DNA of 60,819 bases, the filler included, from Porpidia crustulata (lineage: Eukaryota), in NCBI GenBank assembly GCA_964255105.1. It is 10 parts of 10 records of this genome, joined end to end, with 100 filler letters (N's around TTAATTAATTAA, not from the genome) between each part and the next. Parts side by side here need not be neighbours in the genome. Positions count along the whole stretch, not along the records: positions 24,425 to 30,423 come from CAXUWE010001658.1; positions 30,524 to 36,515 come from CAXUWE010001659.1; 8 more parts are not named here. One strand, 5' to 3'. This document shows, in pieces, positions 24,425 through 36,615 of the stretch. Under the pieces are notes generated by a model. The model had not been told where the DNA came from, searched no databases, and saw nothing but the letters and a program-made list of their open reading frames with translations. The number at the start of each line of letters is the position of its first letter. Positions within the stretch are counted from its first letter, which is position 1. The position numbers and the translations under genes are program-made.

Positions 24425-25835
24425 CTTTAGGTATGGTCAGTTCAGCTGGGGGCTTCGATATACCTCTTAACACTCTGTCCGGATTGAATGGCACCAACCC
24501 ACATGTAGCGAAACCGGCCTTGATGTTTTTAGACGTGAACGCTGTTTCCCTTGCACGGCTATATAAAGAGGTGAAATACTCTTTTTAAATTGTATTCACA
24601 CCTCCTCGTTCTTGTTAGGAACGTGCTTCGAAGGTCCCTTTCTAACGGTAGACCTAATCAAGTGGATTTGATTGGTCAGTTAGGGGTTAATAAACAAAGA
24701 TCTAAAAGCTAAAGAAGAAAGAAAACAAAGGGCGGTGGGTGGTCTATTTAGGAAGGTCGGAAATTAGGTCCGGCCAAGCGCCATGGTCCGAGCTTCACCC
24801 CTTGGTGCACTGAGCCCTATAAGGAGGTAGGGGAGGTTTGGTCGTAACAGTTCTAGTCGTTCAACCTACTCGCGATAAGCTGATTTCAGTGGGGCAAATA
24901 CTGCGACGTCACAGGGCTGGAGCTTATGGAAGGTGTGGGAGGGCAGTCGACACAGAAGAATATTGTTCTCGAAACAATACTCTAAGATTTCAAGGGTCTC
25001 GTGCGTTCCGAAGCCGTCGCAAATTAGCACTCGTGGTTTCTGGTTAGCTTGTTCCTTGGTTTGGGGATCAAATATCTGCTTGAGCCACTTCAAGCTGATC
25101 TTGAAGTCGGTATATCCAGATTCGGAGCATGCATACTGCCATCTGGGGGTGGGGAAAGTGGTCCAGTTGCTTCGATGGATACTGGCTGGCCAAATAATCC
25201 TAGGTGTCAAATACTCACCGTCAGCTGATGCACTCGATCGCAGTCACCGTTGTTCGCTTGATTTGTGAGCCTCCATAGTTTCGTATATTGTCCTTACCTA
25301 CAATGACTTTGACGGAGTCTAGCATGGATAGCATTGTCCCAGCCTCGTCCATATTATAGACATTATTTGGTAGAATGCTTGGATCTTGTAATACCTTTTC
25401 GATCACCTCAAACCAGTGCGTGATCTTCTTGTACGTGTTTTTCTTGTGACGGTTTCAGTCTACTGCTCTAACTCTTCTCGCTTGAAGTACTGTATGGCGC
25501 TTCTCGAAAGCCTTCGCTCAGTTCTTGCCTGAAGGCTTGAGTGGTCTGTCCGTCGGGGGTCGCCGGTGGGTGACACTAAAAGAGAGTGAAGGTACACATT
25601 TGATTCACACAGGTTGTCCGAAATCAGCCATTTGGCATAAAAACTTAAGGAGGGCTCTCTCTTCCCACGGGGTGAGATACTGTTGGCTCTCGGCCTTTTG
25701 TTCTAGCGAGCGTTGTCCCTGTGCACGGTGATGTAGGTTCGAGTGAGGGACCCCGCCATGATCTGCTAGGGCAAAGTATGATTTAGGCATGCCAAAAGAA
25801 ACGCCTTGCATCAATATTTAACTGGCTCTGTCCAT
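24425..25835 (-). mobile_element. Degenerate pogo/Fot1-type (Tc1/mariner superfamily, DDE_1) transposase
   Basis: HTH region QQYLTPWEERALLKFL and catalytic-region motifs NVYNMDEAG, RVLICDGFGTHET and HKLQPCDVAVFAPLKSAY, ending NIKAGF..GLVPFNPDRVL. It carries six in-frame stops, a frameshift near 25225 and an LTR insertion. No TIR was identified. Confidence 0.93.
24613..24849 (-). mobile_element. Solo LTR (237 bp) inserted in the transposase
   Basis: Begins TGTTA and ends TAACA, flanked by direct repeat GTTCT (24608-24612 and 24850-24854). Removing it plus one GTTCT restores the frame VERLERGGVNTI. Confidence 0.88.
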
Positions 25836-26555
25836 GTTAGCTTACTGTAATGATAGCGATAACGGACGGAACCGAGTGAGAAGCAGCACCTCGAGGCAGC
25901 AAGAGTGAGGCAGACAATAATCGCGCTAAACATAAAGAAAATGGGCATGTGCCTCCCTATGGACGCTTGTAGAAACATAGAACGGTGCGCCACAGTCAGC
26001 CTAGAAGCTATATCGAAAAGAGGATGGCTCTACATGATACCAAAAAATACGGTATCAAGCCATAGACTAACGCATGCCAAGGTACACTTAAATATCGCTC
26101 CAAGGCACGAGGCTGTTGCCACCCTTCTTCGCACGGGAGACTTCGGAATGTATGTTTAAAGCTTGGAGTTATATTCTTTCTTTACGGAACTTTCATACTA
26201 TGGTTCCGAAAACCGAAAATATGTGACTGATCGTAATCTAGCAGGGGGGAACAGCTGAAGCGGCAATTGATGGCGTCAACCGAACGAACGTCAGCATGAC
26301 CAATACCGCGGTAACTTTTGTTGCAGACAGGTGCTCGGGAGGAGAAATGGCTGTGGAAAAGTCCTTTACCAACCATATCTTCATAGTCTTGCGAGGGCGA
26401 GACTTCAAAAGCCTAAATTGGTGGTTTGTCCCGCGACGGGGTGCGTCTTGCGACCCAGGGACGGACGTTACCTACCCGTGCTTCCCTTACAGCGGCGAAA
26501 ACTGCCACCACACCACCCATCCACCCACCACCGAGCTTCAAAAATCCGAAGGGCC

Positions 26556-27151
26556 ATGGTACGTGCAATACACATCAAGCGGACTATTACTGATAGTTCT
26601 AGGCTCCCGTAGCTGGCAAGCATCATGCCGCCAAGTCTCGTATCAGCAGACCCAATCTGGCTTCCACCAATGGGTCCAAGGGGCGCCGAGAACATGGGCT
26701 GTTCATGTCTTCTAAAAAAGACAAGCGAACCATCAAGCACTCAGCCCTCCTGTCTCGTATCGAGAAGTCGAAAGCGCCACCCAAGAAGCGGAGACGGCCA
26801 TCTAAAAAGCTGATCACTACACTTAAATCATTAACCGATGCGCTACCTCAGATCAACAACGACAGTGAAGTAATTGAGACAAGCGATTTGAAGATCAGGT
26901 ATAAAAGCTCGAAGAGCCGACCGGGAGCTATGAAAAAAAGGGATGCCTTAGTGAACATGGAAAAGGATAGTTTTAATAGGAATATGGCACAGATGGCAGC
27001 TATGCCGGCCGGCGCCCAGATCGCGGATACTAATGACAAAGCGTTGCACAGCACGGGCAAAAGTGGCTACAAATGGGCGGCTTTGAGAACATTTCTCAAG
27101 AAGACAACAGTGCAAAAATCCGATGCCTATCCTGCACCCGCGAACGGATGA
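26556..27151 (+). CDS. SLX9: Ribosome biogenesis protein Slx9-like; exons 26556-26558 (ATG only) and 26603-27151
   Basis: SSKKDKRTIKHSALLSRI, KKRRRPSKKL..L..L.DALP, KSRPGAMKKR and WAALRTF. The GTACGT..TAG intron 26559-26602 keeps the frame. Confidence 0.82.
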
Positions 27152-27942
27152 ACTTACACAAATGGCTCTTCTAAATGTGTGGGTGTTCCATATTCAAGAG
27201 ATATCAACGGGTTTGGCCCCCACTTCCCGCTGTTGCCTTGTGTGGTAAATTAGCGATATTGCCAGGCTGCCTTGCTTGCTAATCCGAAAATATTCGAAAC
27301 CCGATCGAATAACCAATGGCGGACCTTGTAACGATCTGACACCCGATCATTCTGTTTATGTGTGTCTGGTAAGAACTACTTATCTGCTCCTATTCCGATG
27401 ATGCCGATAAGGATTCGCGCATGGTGGCAGCTCCCACAATAGTTGTGCCACCAAGTCGGGGCAGCCATCAAATAGATGCGAGAAGCAAGGCTGTTACTCT
27501 CCTTCCGTCTTATCCCCTGCATGTTATGACCAGCCTTTTGTACCCTGGTCAACCCTCTGGCCTCACGCGTGGCATATAGGTATCTCCAATCTCGTAAATT
27601 CAACCTTCAGTTTCGTGGTCTGCCTGTTTCAATGCCACGTGGTTGGCATATATCATCTGGAAGCTCGCCCACATCCACGACTTACCCACATGGGTTGCTC
27701 GAGTTGCGCAGCAGATTTGAGGCCTGGATTTATTTATTTCCACATCATCGCGACATTCTCAGCATTTTACGTACTTCTGCCTACAAGGACAAGCCCGACC
27801 CTTCATCAACCTTTGTCTGTTTCTTCCAGATTTTATCGTCTCAACCATCTCTGGCCATCCTTCGAGGCTAGCTTAGTCATATCTTCTTTAGTGGCCAGCA
27901 CCTACCACCCAGATTGCTCAAGGGGTACTTTTCCTGGCTAAG

Positions 27943-28332
27943 ATGCCCTCGACTAATCAGACCAACACTGGCAGTTCCACCTCTTCGAAGGTTGCTCAAT
28001 CAAGTTCTCCGCAGGGACAGCAAGCTCCATTGGAAGTTTGTGAGCTCGCGATTTCTTCGTTATCCAGAACTATATTACTGAAGAAGAAAATTGATATCTA
28101 ATATATGAAGTATTGACAGCTCAGGGTCAGGGTCAGCATCCTCCTCAAGTCTTTACCAAATCCGCATCACGCTAAAGATTCTTCAGGCCGCAAATCGGCA
28201 GACCGTGTACAGTCATTGTATAAGGACGCTCGAGCCCTAGCCAGTCCTCTCCAACAACAGGGCCTCGACAATCTCGCCCGCCAAGCAGACCCGAACGCAA
28301 AACCATCAGCTAGAAGAGGAGGTGGTACTTGA
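27943..28332 (+). CDS. Putative small two-exon orphan protein (101 aa); exons 27943-28035 and 28120-28332
   Basis: AAGATG start, GTTTGT donor, TCTAAT branch-like site and CAG acceptor. The phase-0 join gives an uninterrupted frame ending ARRGGGT-TGA. No family recognised. Confidence 0.35.
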
Positions 28333-29688
28333 TTTTGGCTTCGGTCAAGGGTGATTGAGGTTCAACTGTGATTGACAAATCCTGCCTAGGTCCCAATGAA
28401 CCTTACCTTTGAGCGTAGCGTTATCAATTCTAAAGCCAATCGCTTGCCTGCAAGTTGATACCGCGCTCAAGCGGTGAGACTCGCTGTAAGTGGGAGGGAC
28501 AGCTTAAACCTCCGATAGTTCTTACAAGCCTTCCTATATGTAAATACTATGCTTAGCGGGTTTTGCAAGAGTTCAATGCTGATGCTGAGCTATAGTGTTG
28601 AAAATACCTTTGCATCGTGAATGATTATTTCTCAACTGTCGCACGGAAGAATCTGTTCACATCTCGATCAAGACTATCAGGATTAGCAGAATCTAGAGAA
28701 GAGCCGATATAAGTTCTCACCTTTCAATCAAATCTCATTGACTGTTCACTTACGCTGAGATCACTCGGCTTACGCCTATATATTACGGATATGAGCTGCG
28801 GTACCTACTCGCTGCTTTTAATTGTTTACGAATTATAGGCTATCTCTCGGTATATAGAACAATACTAGGATATAAATAAGGATGTTAAGAGATTCGAAGT
28901 TCACCCTGCAAAACGGCAAACAGCGCGGGCCGCAATTCAAGTAAAAGAGCTGTATTTGAACAATGGAGTCGACTAGTATGTACGAAATTTATAGGACTTG
29001 GACTAGGATCTCAGATCCGTTGTGCAAGTTTATCCTATCGATAGGGCCATTCTCTGAGAAGTGTCAAGTACTCTTGTAGTTAGCTGATATTAATTTCCGA
29101 CACTGCGATGACGGTCTTGTGTATTAAGATTTGGAATTGATGGTGTTGAGGGTCAGAAGTGTGGAGAGAGGGCCCGAACTTGAAAAGGTGATAAGAATGG
29201 GGAAGCATTGACAAGCGCCGCCTTTTTTGCCCGGGTCATCCTGAAGGTATATGTGGGCTTCTCGATAAAGATAGAGATCTAACGATCTTCAGCAAGGAAT
29301 GTGGATTCGATGTCAGCCTCCTAGGGTTTTTTTATTGTCGTTTCTTTCAAAATTAGCCAGTGCTCAAATTCATTGACTGTCATCTCATCAGGTACGCAAG
29401 ATGTCATATCATGACTACTGTGTTCGCTACTGACACAGAAGTCTAGTCAATGCGATTTGTGGTGAACAATCCAATAGTGAACAGTCTCGTGAGCCACATG
29501 GCGGCTTTGACAAAGATACATTCATGGTCTTGACAACGAAATGAAGTCTTTATTTATCCCGAATGATACGTTCTTACCTTTGAGGTCCCATTACTCTTAA
29601 ACATCCTACTATCGCTCGGAATCAAAGGTATCCTATAAGTCAGACTCGAAATCAACCGACGGACACTACTGTGCCAAATATCGCCGCC

Positions 29689-30423
29689 ATGAACACGGCA
29701 GATGTCAATTTCACGATGGTTTCCTCCTGGCCCATGGCAGGTTCCGAATTCGTGGAGTGCCTGTATACGACCCAGATAGAGAATTTACCCGCAAATGAAC
29801 GAGCCGGTTGCGCCATATGTCACAACCCCTACGGATCTACGAGAGGACTCACCCCATCAGAGGTGGCGACCCGATTGCCATGCGGTCACTACTTCGGAGT
29901 CAACTGTATTCTTAATCAAATGTCTGAAAACCACGGCAACAGCAACCGCTGCCCCGATCCCAATTGTAATAAAATCTCATACTTCAAGCTTTTGAGACAC
30001 CTCACTCTCGATGACATGATCGAGACTGAAGAGTTCGACGAGCAGACAGGACACGACGGTTGACTGCAGGAGTATACCGTCGAAGAACCTAATTCCGAGA
30101 ACCATGGATGCAAGTACACCATCGACGAAGCCGACTCCGACTCCCAACAGTATAAGCACACCACCGAAGAATCCCTCTTCACCTCTCACTACCACCCCTC
30201 CACAAACGCCCGCTCCATCCCCCTCGCCTGTGCTCACGACGAAGGCCAGCGCTGGGATCACGCCGAAATCCGCCGCGTCGGTGCCATCATGGACGCCTGC
30301 ACGTACCAAGACCTACTGGCGCGCGGCGCAGCCCTGCCGTCCTTTGACCTCACACAGATGGGGCTGACGCGCGCGCAGCACGAGGCAATGTATGAGGAGC
30401 TGCGGCGGAGGGGCGCGCTGGAG
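29689..30423 (+). CDS. RING-finger-like protein with one in-frame TGA at 30061-30063 (pseudogene, readthrough or short gene); 3' truncated
   Basis: GCCGCCATG start and motif CAICHNPY...RLPCGHYFGVNCI...RCPDPNC. The same frame stays open for 120 codons after the TGA. Confidence 0.65.
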
Positions 30424-30523
30424 NNNNNNNNNNNNNNNNNNNNNNNNNNNNNNNNNNNNNNNNNNNNTTAATTAATTAANNNNNNNNNNNNNNNNNNNNN
30501 NNNNNNNNNNNNNNNNNNNNNNN
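30424..30523. other. Artificial contig-joining linker
   Basis: N44-TTAATTAATTAA-N44. Confidence 0.98.
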
Positions 30524-30679
30524 GGATTTTTTGGCTAGCTCTTCTTCCTTGGCGTTGAGGCGCTGGGCTTCGGACTCGAGGTGGTCGACGCGGGCTTTGA
30601 GTTTGTCGTAGAGATTGTCGAAGTCGATAAATTTGCGCTTGACGTCGGCGGGGATAGTGGTGGGGTAGGGAGGCGGCAT
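30524..30679 (-). CDS. N-terminal fragment of a coiled-coil hypothetical protein
   Basis: ACAATG start, C-ending codons and heptad-like LYDKLKARVDHLESEAQRLNAKEEEL; runs off the contig. Confidence 0.5.
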
Positions 30680-31234
30680 TGTCTATTTTGCGATGTCGGT
30701 TGTAGTGGGAGTTTTTCTATGGAGGTATGGGAAGGAGGAAACGCATAGAAGAGGGATTGGGATGGTTTTGAGGGAGTGCCATTGGGATACCGGGAACCTG
30801 TTGCTGCAAAATGTGTGATGGAGGGTAGATTGGTTACATCATACTTTGATGTTGGGAGCTGGGCAGATAAGCGGAGGGTCAGGCTTATCGGCACGTGATG
30901 GAGGAGAAGGGATGAAAAGTTGGCACCGTCGAAGGGAACGTCAATAAAAGGAACATTAACGGTTACACAGTGACACAATGACACAATGACTTGGCTTGAA
31001 CTGAGAGTTGGATGGAGATCTAAATGGGGCTTCTCGTTGCTCATCAAGTGCCCGCTGGCACATGTAATCCGAAGGATTCAAATCGCCGCTGTTCTGTGCG
31101 TATGGAATGAGTCATGTTTTAGACGCGGGTTGTGATTATGAATCATATTGACTTGCTCATGTTTCTTGATAAATCAGGACGAATAGCTTTGTAGTTTGGC
31201 AAGGTATCTCTTATCTTAATGTTGGTTTGGTGCA

Positions 31235-32617
31235 ATGGCAGAACCAAAGTCTCCCAAGGTCCCGTTCGGCCACTCCATGAGAAAGGCCCATTTCAATTTC
31301 GCTCCATCCTATACACCTCTCAACCATGGTGCATTCGGTACGTACCCTAATGCCGTGCAGAATAGGCTTCACCATTTCCAGAAACTTGCGGAGGCAAGGC
31401 CAGATACTTTCATTCGATGGGACATACCCATAGCCCTCGACAAATCTCGAGCTGCGCTGGCCTCGTTCCTGGAGGTTCCAGCCTCGGAGGTTGTACTGGT
31501 ACCAAATGCTACTACCGGGGTCAATACGGTTTTGCGAACTTTAACATACGAAAAGGGAGATGTCATCCTTTATTTTTCGACATTGTACGGAGCCTGCGAG
31601 AAAACGGTCTCGTATATCTGCGAAACCACGGAAGCCGAAAGCCTGACGATCGAGGTGTGCTATCCATGTAGAGACGATGAAGTTGTAAAAAATTTCACAT
31701 CGGCTGTAAGAGCTGTGAATGCGCAGACTGGAAAAAGGGCCCGAGTGGCCATCTATGATAGTGTAACGTCACTGCCTGGAGTCCGCGTACCATGGGAGAG
31801 ATTGTGTGGTATATGTCGAGAAGAAGGTGTGCTAAGCTTGGTTGATGGAGCTCATGGTATTGGCCATACCAAGTTGAACTTGACAAAAGCGAGCCCAGAC
31901 TTCTTTGTCAGTAACTGTCACAAGTAGGTGGTGTCTAATTAGCTCTTCGATTGATATGATCGCTTATTCCCTATTGAAAGATGGCTCTATGTACCTCGAG
32001 GCTGCGCAATCTTTCACGTACCGGAGAGGAATCATCACCTGATCAGGACTTCACTACCGACATCTCATGGGTTCGTGCCAAGTCCTGAGAAGGCACCCGT
32101 TTTCAACCCAATGCCACCTAGTACTAGAAGTCGATTCGTCGAATTATTCCACTTTGTTGCCACTATCGATATGAGTCCATACCTTTGCATCGAAGAAGCA
32201 TTAAACTTTAGACGAGAGATATGCGGAGGAGAAGATACCATTCTGAGGTATTGCGAACACCTAGCACTCGAAGGAGGGAAAAGAGCTGCAGAGCTCTTGG
32301 GAACAGAAACGATGGAAGAGACTATGATAGGAAAATGTTGCTTTGCAAACGTACGATTACCATTGGCAGTAGGAGATGGCTCTGGAGAGATCAAGAAGCC
32401 CAATGCTTCCATCTTCCTGAACTGGTTTGCGCATAGATTAGCGGCAGAATTTGATACGTTCATGGCCCCATATATGCATGGAGGCTGCTTCTGGGTCCGT
32501 ATCTCAGGTCAGATCTATCTGGAGGTGCAGGACATCGAATGGGGAGCGAGAATACTGAAGGAGCTCTGTATAAGAGCTCGAATGGGGGAGTATCTGCAGA
32601 TGAAGGCGCAATTGTGA
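31235..32617 (+). CDS. egt2: PLP-dependent class V aminotransferase/C-S lyase, hercynylcysteine sulfoxide lyase (Egt2)-like; intron 31924-31980
   Basis: LNHGAFGTYP, VPNATTGVNTVL, VDGAHGIG, spliced PLP-lysine motif SNCHKWLYVPRG, IRTSLPTSHG and WVRISGQIYL. Confidence 0.85.
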
Positions 32618-33475
32618 AGGATGTCGGACATGATCGGATCCTGCCAGAGCTGTTGAATGACTTCTTTCTGATACTCATCGCTCACCACTTCGCAATAAGA
32701 CTCATCCTTTGACAACAGTCGTTCACGATGAATAAACACCCATGGTAGAACTTATTGAGGCTATTCCTGCAAACGCTTTCTATGAAATTGAAGGCAAGTG
32801 TACTGTGTGTACGCGGCAAAGCAGATAGCCTTGTACGACATGAAAATGATTTGACAGAAATGACGGGCTGAGATCGCGATTTTGAGATTCTCCCGCAAAT
32901 TTACATGCAAGCTGCAAGCCCCATGCTCGAAACACTGGTATAAGGCTCTGTGATTCGATGTATTGCGGTGCCCGACCGAGATCATACTTAGGCTGCAACC
33001 GATGGCCATGCTATGACTTGTCCTTGCATGAAAGTACAAATGAACATTGTTGTTCTTGGAATGATGTGTGCAGTGTGTAGGTAGGGTGTGGTGTGTGGTG
33101 TGAATGCGCCAGATTACTCTCTTGCTTATTACCTCGTGACCCCAGCCATCATGATCGGTATGACCTTTCATTGTTATCGAGAGGATGAAGACAGAGAGGC
33201 AATACAAGGGTTAACGGCTTACCGCTTTAAAATCCGCCCACTAAGATCTACTTCCGAGGACGGACTGCTTGCCTCATGCGTAGGCTCCAGCTACACTACT
33301 ATCTTTCAGCCGGGCAATGACTATTACATCTTCTGAGGCTGGATCTGATTCATAACTCTGGGTATTAATACTGCTGAAGGTCGTCTACAGGGCAGAATCC
33401 GTCACCATCACTAGATCTACAGACCGGAGGCTCCTCCTGAGTTGTAAAACACGTCAAACGTCGGTGTCATCTCCG

Positions 33476-36364
33476 ATGCCAGCGAGAGCTTCAGACATCG
33501 CCAAACTGAAAACACATACCTCTTTCTTAGCTGGCTGGAAGACTTCATCTGATTCTAGCCACGACAACACAACAGTTCCTACTCCCTCCGAGACTCCTCC
33601 CCAACTTCCAAATTCTAGGACCACAAGCCTTCCAGACCTAGAAAATCTCAGCATTACCAACATGGATGAAAGCAAAGCCACTGGCTCCAGCTTGAGGGAA
33701 GATGTACCACCAAATTCAGCCGAGGGCTCTGGAGCACAAGTCGAGACTAAGACCCAAGATAGTGGGGATGCTAAAGTCAAAAAGGGCCCCTGCCGGAAAC
33801 ATTTGAAAGGGCACAAGAAGGCGAACAAGCGATCGAAGGTCAAACTAGAGGAGTCTAGCTCCAGTGAAAGCTCGTCATCGAGCAGCTCCAAATCCAGCTC
33901 CACTGAATCCGAAGAATCCACAGAAGGCGAATCTTCAGACGAAGAGGAGGATACAGATGCTGCGAAGAAACGAAAGAGTAAGGCCAAGAGGGCGAAAAAG
34001 CTGAAGGAATTAAAAGAGAAGAAAAAAGCAAAGTCACGGAAGCACAAGGAGCTGAGCGACGAGGAGGAGGTGTCCGAGTCAAGCAATGAGTCTAGTTCCG
34101 AGGAGGAAGACAAACGCCGAAAGTTAAAATCAAAGAAGAAGAAAAAGCTAAGGAAACACCGAAAAGAGGTCGAATCTTCAGACAGTGAAGAAGAGGATGA
34201 GGATGAATCTGAGTCTAGAGCTCGTGTCCATCTGAAGGCTCTAAAGCTTCGAGGCTATCGACGCGTCAATAAAGGAGGTTTAGCTTCGTTGAATGATCGA
34301 GGGCTCAAAAAGAATTCGAAATCGAAGGGTAAAAAAAAGAAGAGGTTAGTTCGATTGTCTTACGTGCATGCTTCTAAAAACCCGTCGGCGCGCCATCGCT
34401 GACGTTCCAGCTATAGGGGTTCTAAAGTAGACTTTGTTCGGGTCGATCAACTCTGGGACAGCTCAATTCATAATTACAAGCTGACAGAAACCGCCGAAGA
34501 TGCTGACGCTAACGAATATGATCAATATGTTTTTACTGTCCGAAGGAAGTTTGATTGGGAAAACAAGTATACAGAGACGGTTGTCGACATCAAAAGCAAA
34601 CCGCTGAAGGAAGCCCTGACCCACGTCATGGGTGCCGTTAAAGGAGTGTCGTTTGCGGAAGAGACCCCAATCGTAGACCCGAATATGCTTTTCCTGTATC
34701 TGGAGGAGCTACGCACCTACACAAAGGAGCTCAAGTCGCTCAGCAAATCCGAGAAGAAGAAGAAAGCCAAGAAAGTGGCTCAAATCAAGGCTGGTCATGT
34801 CAAAGTGCTTGTCAAATACCTGGACAAGGACTACGCCGAAACGAAGAAAACCCTTTACCCGCTGCTAGAATCCAATACGATCACCTTTGATCTGCTATGG
34901 GCGTTGTTCAAGAGCAATGAGATTGCTTACTGTCCGACGTATTCAAATCCTGACGAACCCCGGGCATTCAAGATCGAGTATGCTACGAAGGAGTCTTCGT
35001 TCATGAAAGGTACATGGTACAGTATTGAAGGCCGGTATCTCGAATACGATGGCAAGACTTTCGGTATGGGAACGATGGAAGTTGAAGTCGAGCAATTCAA
35101 AGGTCCACGGAAGATTACCAGCCTCGCATGCTACCCTCTGAAATATCACAAAGAATCTGCAGCCCTTAGACAGCAACTGATCGAGCGAGGCAAGAAGTTT
35201 GTGGCTTTGCAAGGCATGAATTATCGCTTTCATAAAGGCATGGCATTTTACAAGAAAAAGCGTCAGATCATTAAAGTCAACATTAATGGCCGTGTCATGG
35301 TCGATCCTGCGATTCACCGCCGCATTAATCCCAATTATCCTATCTCTACCGTCAAACCGAAAGACCCCGATATCCTCGAAGAAGAGGAGGGCAGCGGTGA
35401 TGAAAGCTGCGGCTGCTGTGAAAGCTCCGAAGACGATGGTGGCCAGAAACCAACAGAGCAGCTCGAAGACGCTGACAAGCCTAGGACAAAAATGAAGTTG
35501 GTCGTCGACGCCGACGAACGTCCCCACATCGTCGAAGTGGAAATGGACGAACATGGCAACGAGGTCCAAAAAGAAGATATTGATCAGCTCCCCGGCCAAG
35601 ATGGTGCTGCAGAACGCCAATTCGACGATGAGGAACTCCTCATTGCTAGCCCCGTTGTCCTTGGCTTCGCCTTTAGCGAGAAGCTCTGGCTTGAATTCAC
35701 CGTCAGCGGCATAAATGACATTGATTGGAACGAAGGCGCCTTCACCTCCCTCGTGCTTCCCGAAAACCAAAAATCCATCGTCAAAGCCCTGGTGGAATCT
35801 CACACCTTTCAACCAAGCCGCAACATCGACGACGTCATCCAAGGAAAAGGCCGAGGACTCGTAGCCGTCTTGCACGGTCCCCCCGGCACAGGCAAAACGC
35901 TGACCGCAGAGGGTATCGCCGAGCTGCTCAAATGTCCGCTTTACATGGTCAGCGCTGGCGAACTCGGCACCAACCCCCGCGAGCTCGAAGCCGAATTGAA
36001 CAAGATCCTCGACATCGCGCACTCCTGGGGCGCGGTCCTCCTCCTCGACGAAGCGGACGTCTTCCTCGAAAAACGTACGATCCAGGACATCCATCGCAAC
36101 GCCCTTGTGAGCATCTTCCTGCGCCTACTGGAGTATTTCCAGGGCATCCTCTTCCTCACCACCAACCGCGTCGAGACCTTTGACGACGCCTTCCAGTCGC
36201 GCATCCACGTCGCGCTGCGCTACGGCGAACTGACACTCAAGGCGAAACGCAGCGTGTGGAAGATGTTCCTGGACAAGGTCAAGGCCAAGGACGGGCTCGA
36301 GACGATAGACTTCAAAGAAACGGATTACGACAAGCTAGCCAGGCACAACTTGAACGGGCGCCAG
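33476..36364 (+). CDS. Fungal AAA+ ATPase (DUF7025-associated type) with long Ser/Glu/Lys-rich N-terminus; intron from 34345; 3' truncated
   Basis: ITFDLLWALF, INGRVMVD, Walker A HGPPGTGKTLTAE, Walker B LLLDEADVFL, LTTNRV.TFD.AF.SRIH, then LNGRQ and a GTACGT donor. The start could be 33662. Confidence 0.92.
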
Positions 36365-36515
36365 GTACGTACCCTCTCTTTCCCCAACTCATTAACCCCA
36401 TTTACCTCCTCCCAAGCTCGAGTCCCCACCCCCCCCCAAAAAAAAAAAAAAAAAAAACCACAAAAAAAAACACCACCCCCCAAACAAAAAAAAAACCAAC
36501 CCCCCCCCCCACCCC

Positions 36516-36615
36516 NNNNNNNNNNNNNNNNNNNNNNNNNNNNNNNNNNNNNNNNNNNNTTAATTAATTAANNNNNNNNNNNNNNNNNNNNNNNNNNNNN
36601 NNNNNNNNNNNNNNN
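36516..36615. other. Artificial contig-joining linker
   Basis: N44-TTAATTAATTAA-N44. Confidence 0.98.

Noticed and set aside
36421..36515. Poly-A/poly-C tract translating as PPQKKKKKK at the end of the AAA ORF
   Set aside because: It lies after the GTACGT donor at 36365, at a contig edge, and looks like low-quality sequence rather than coding DNA.
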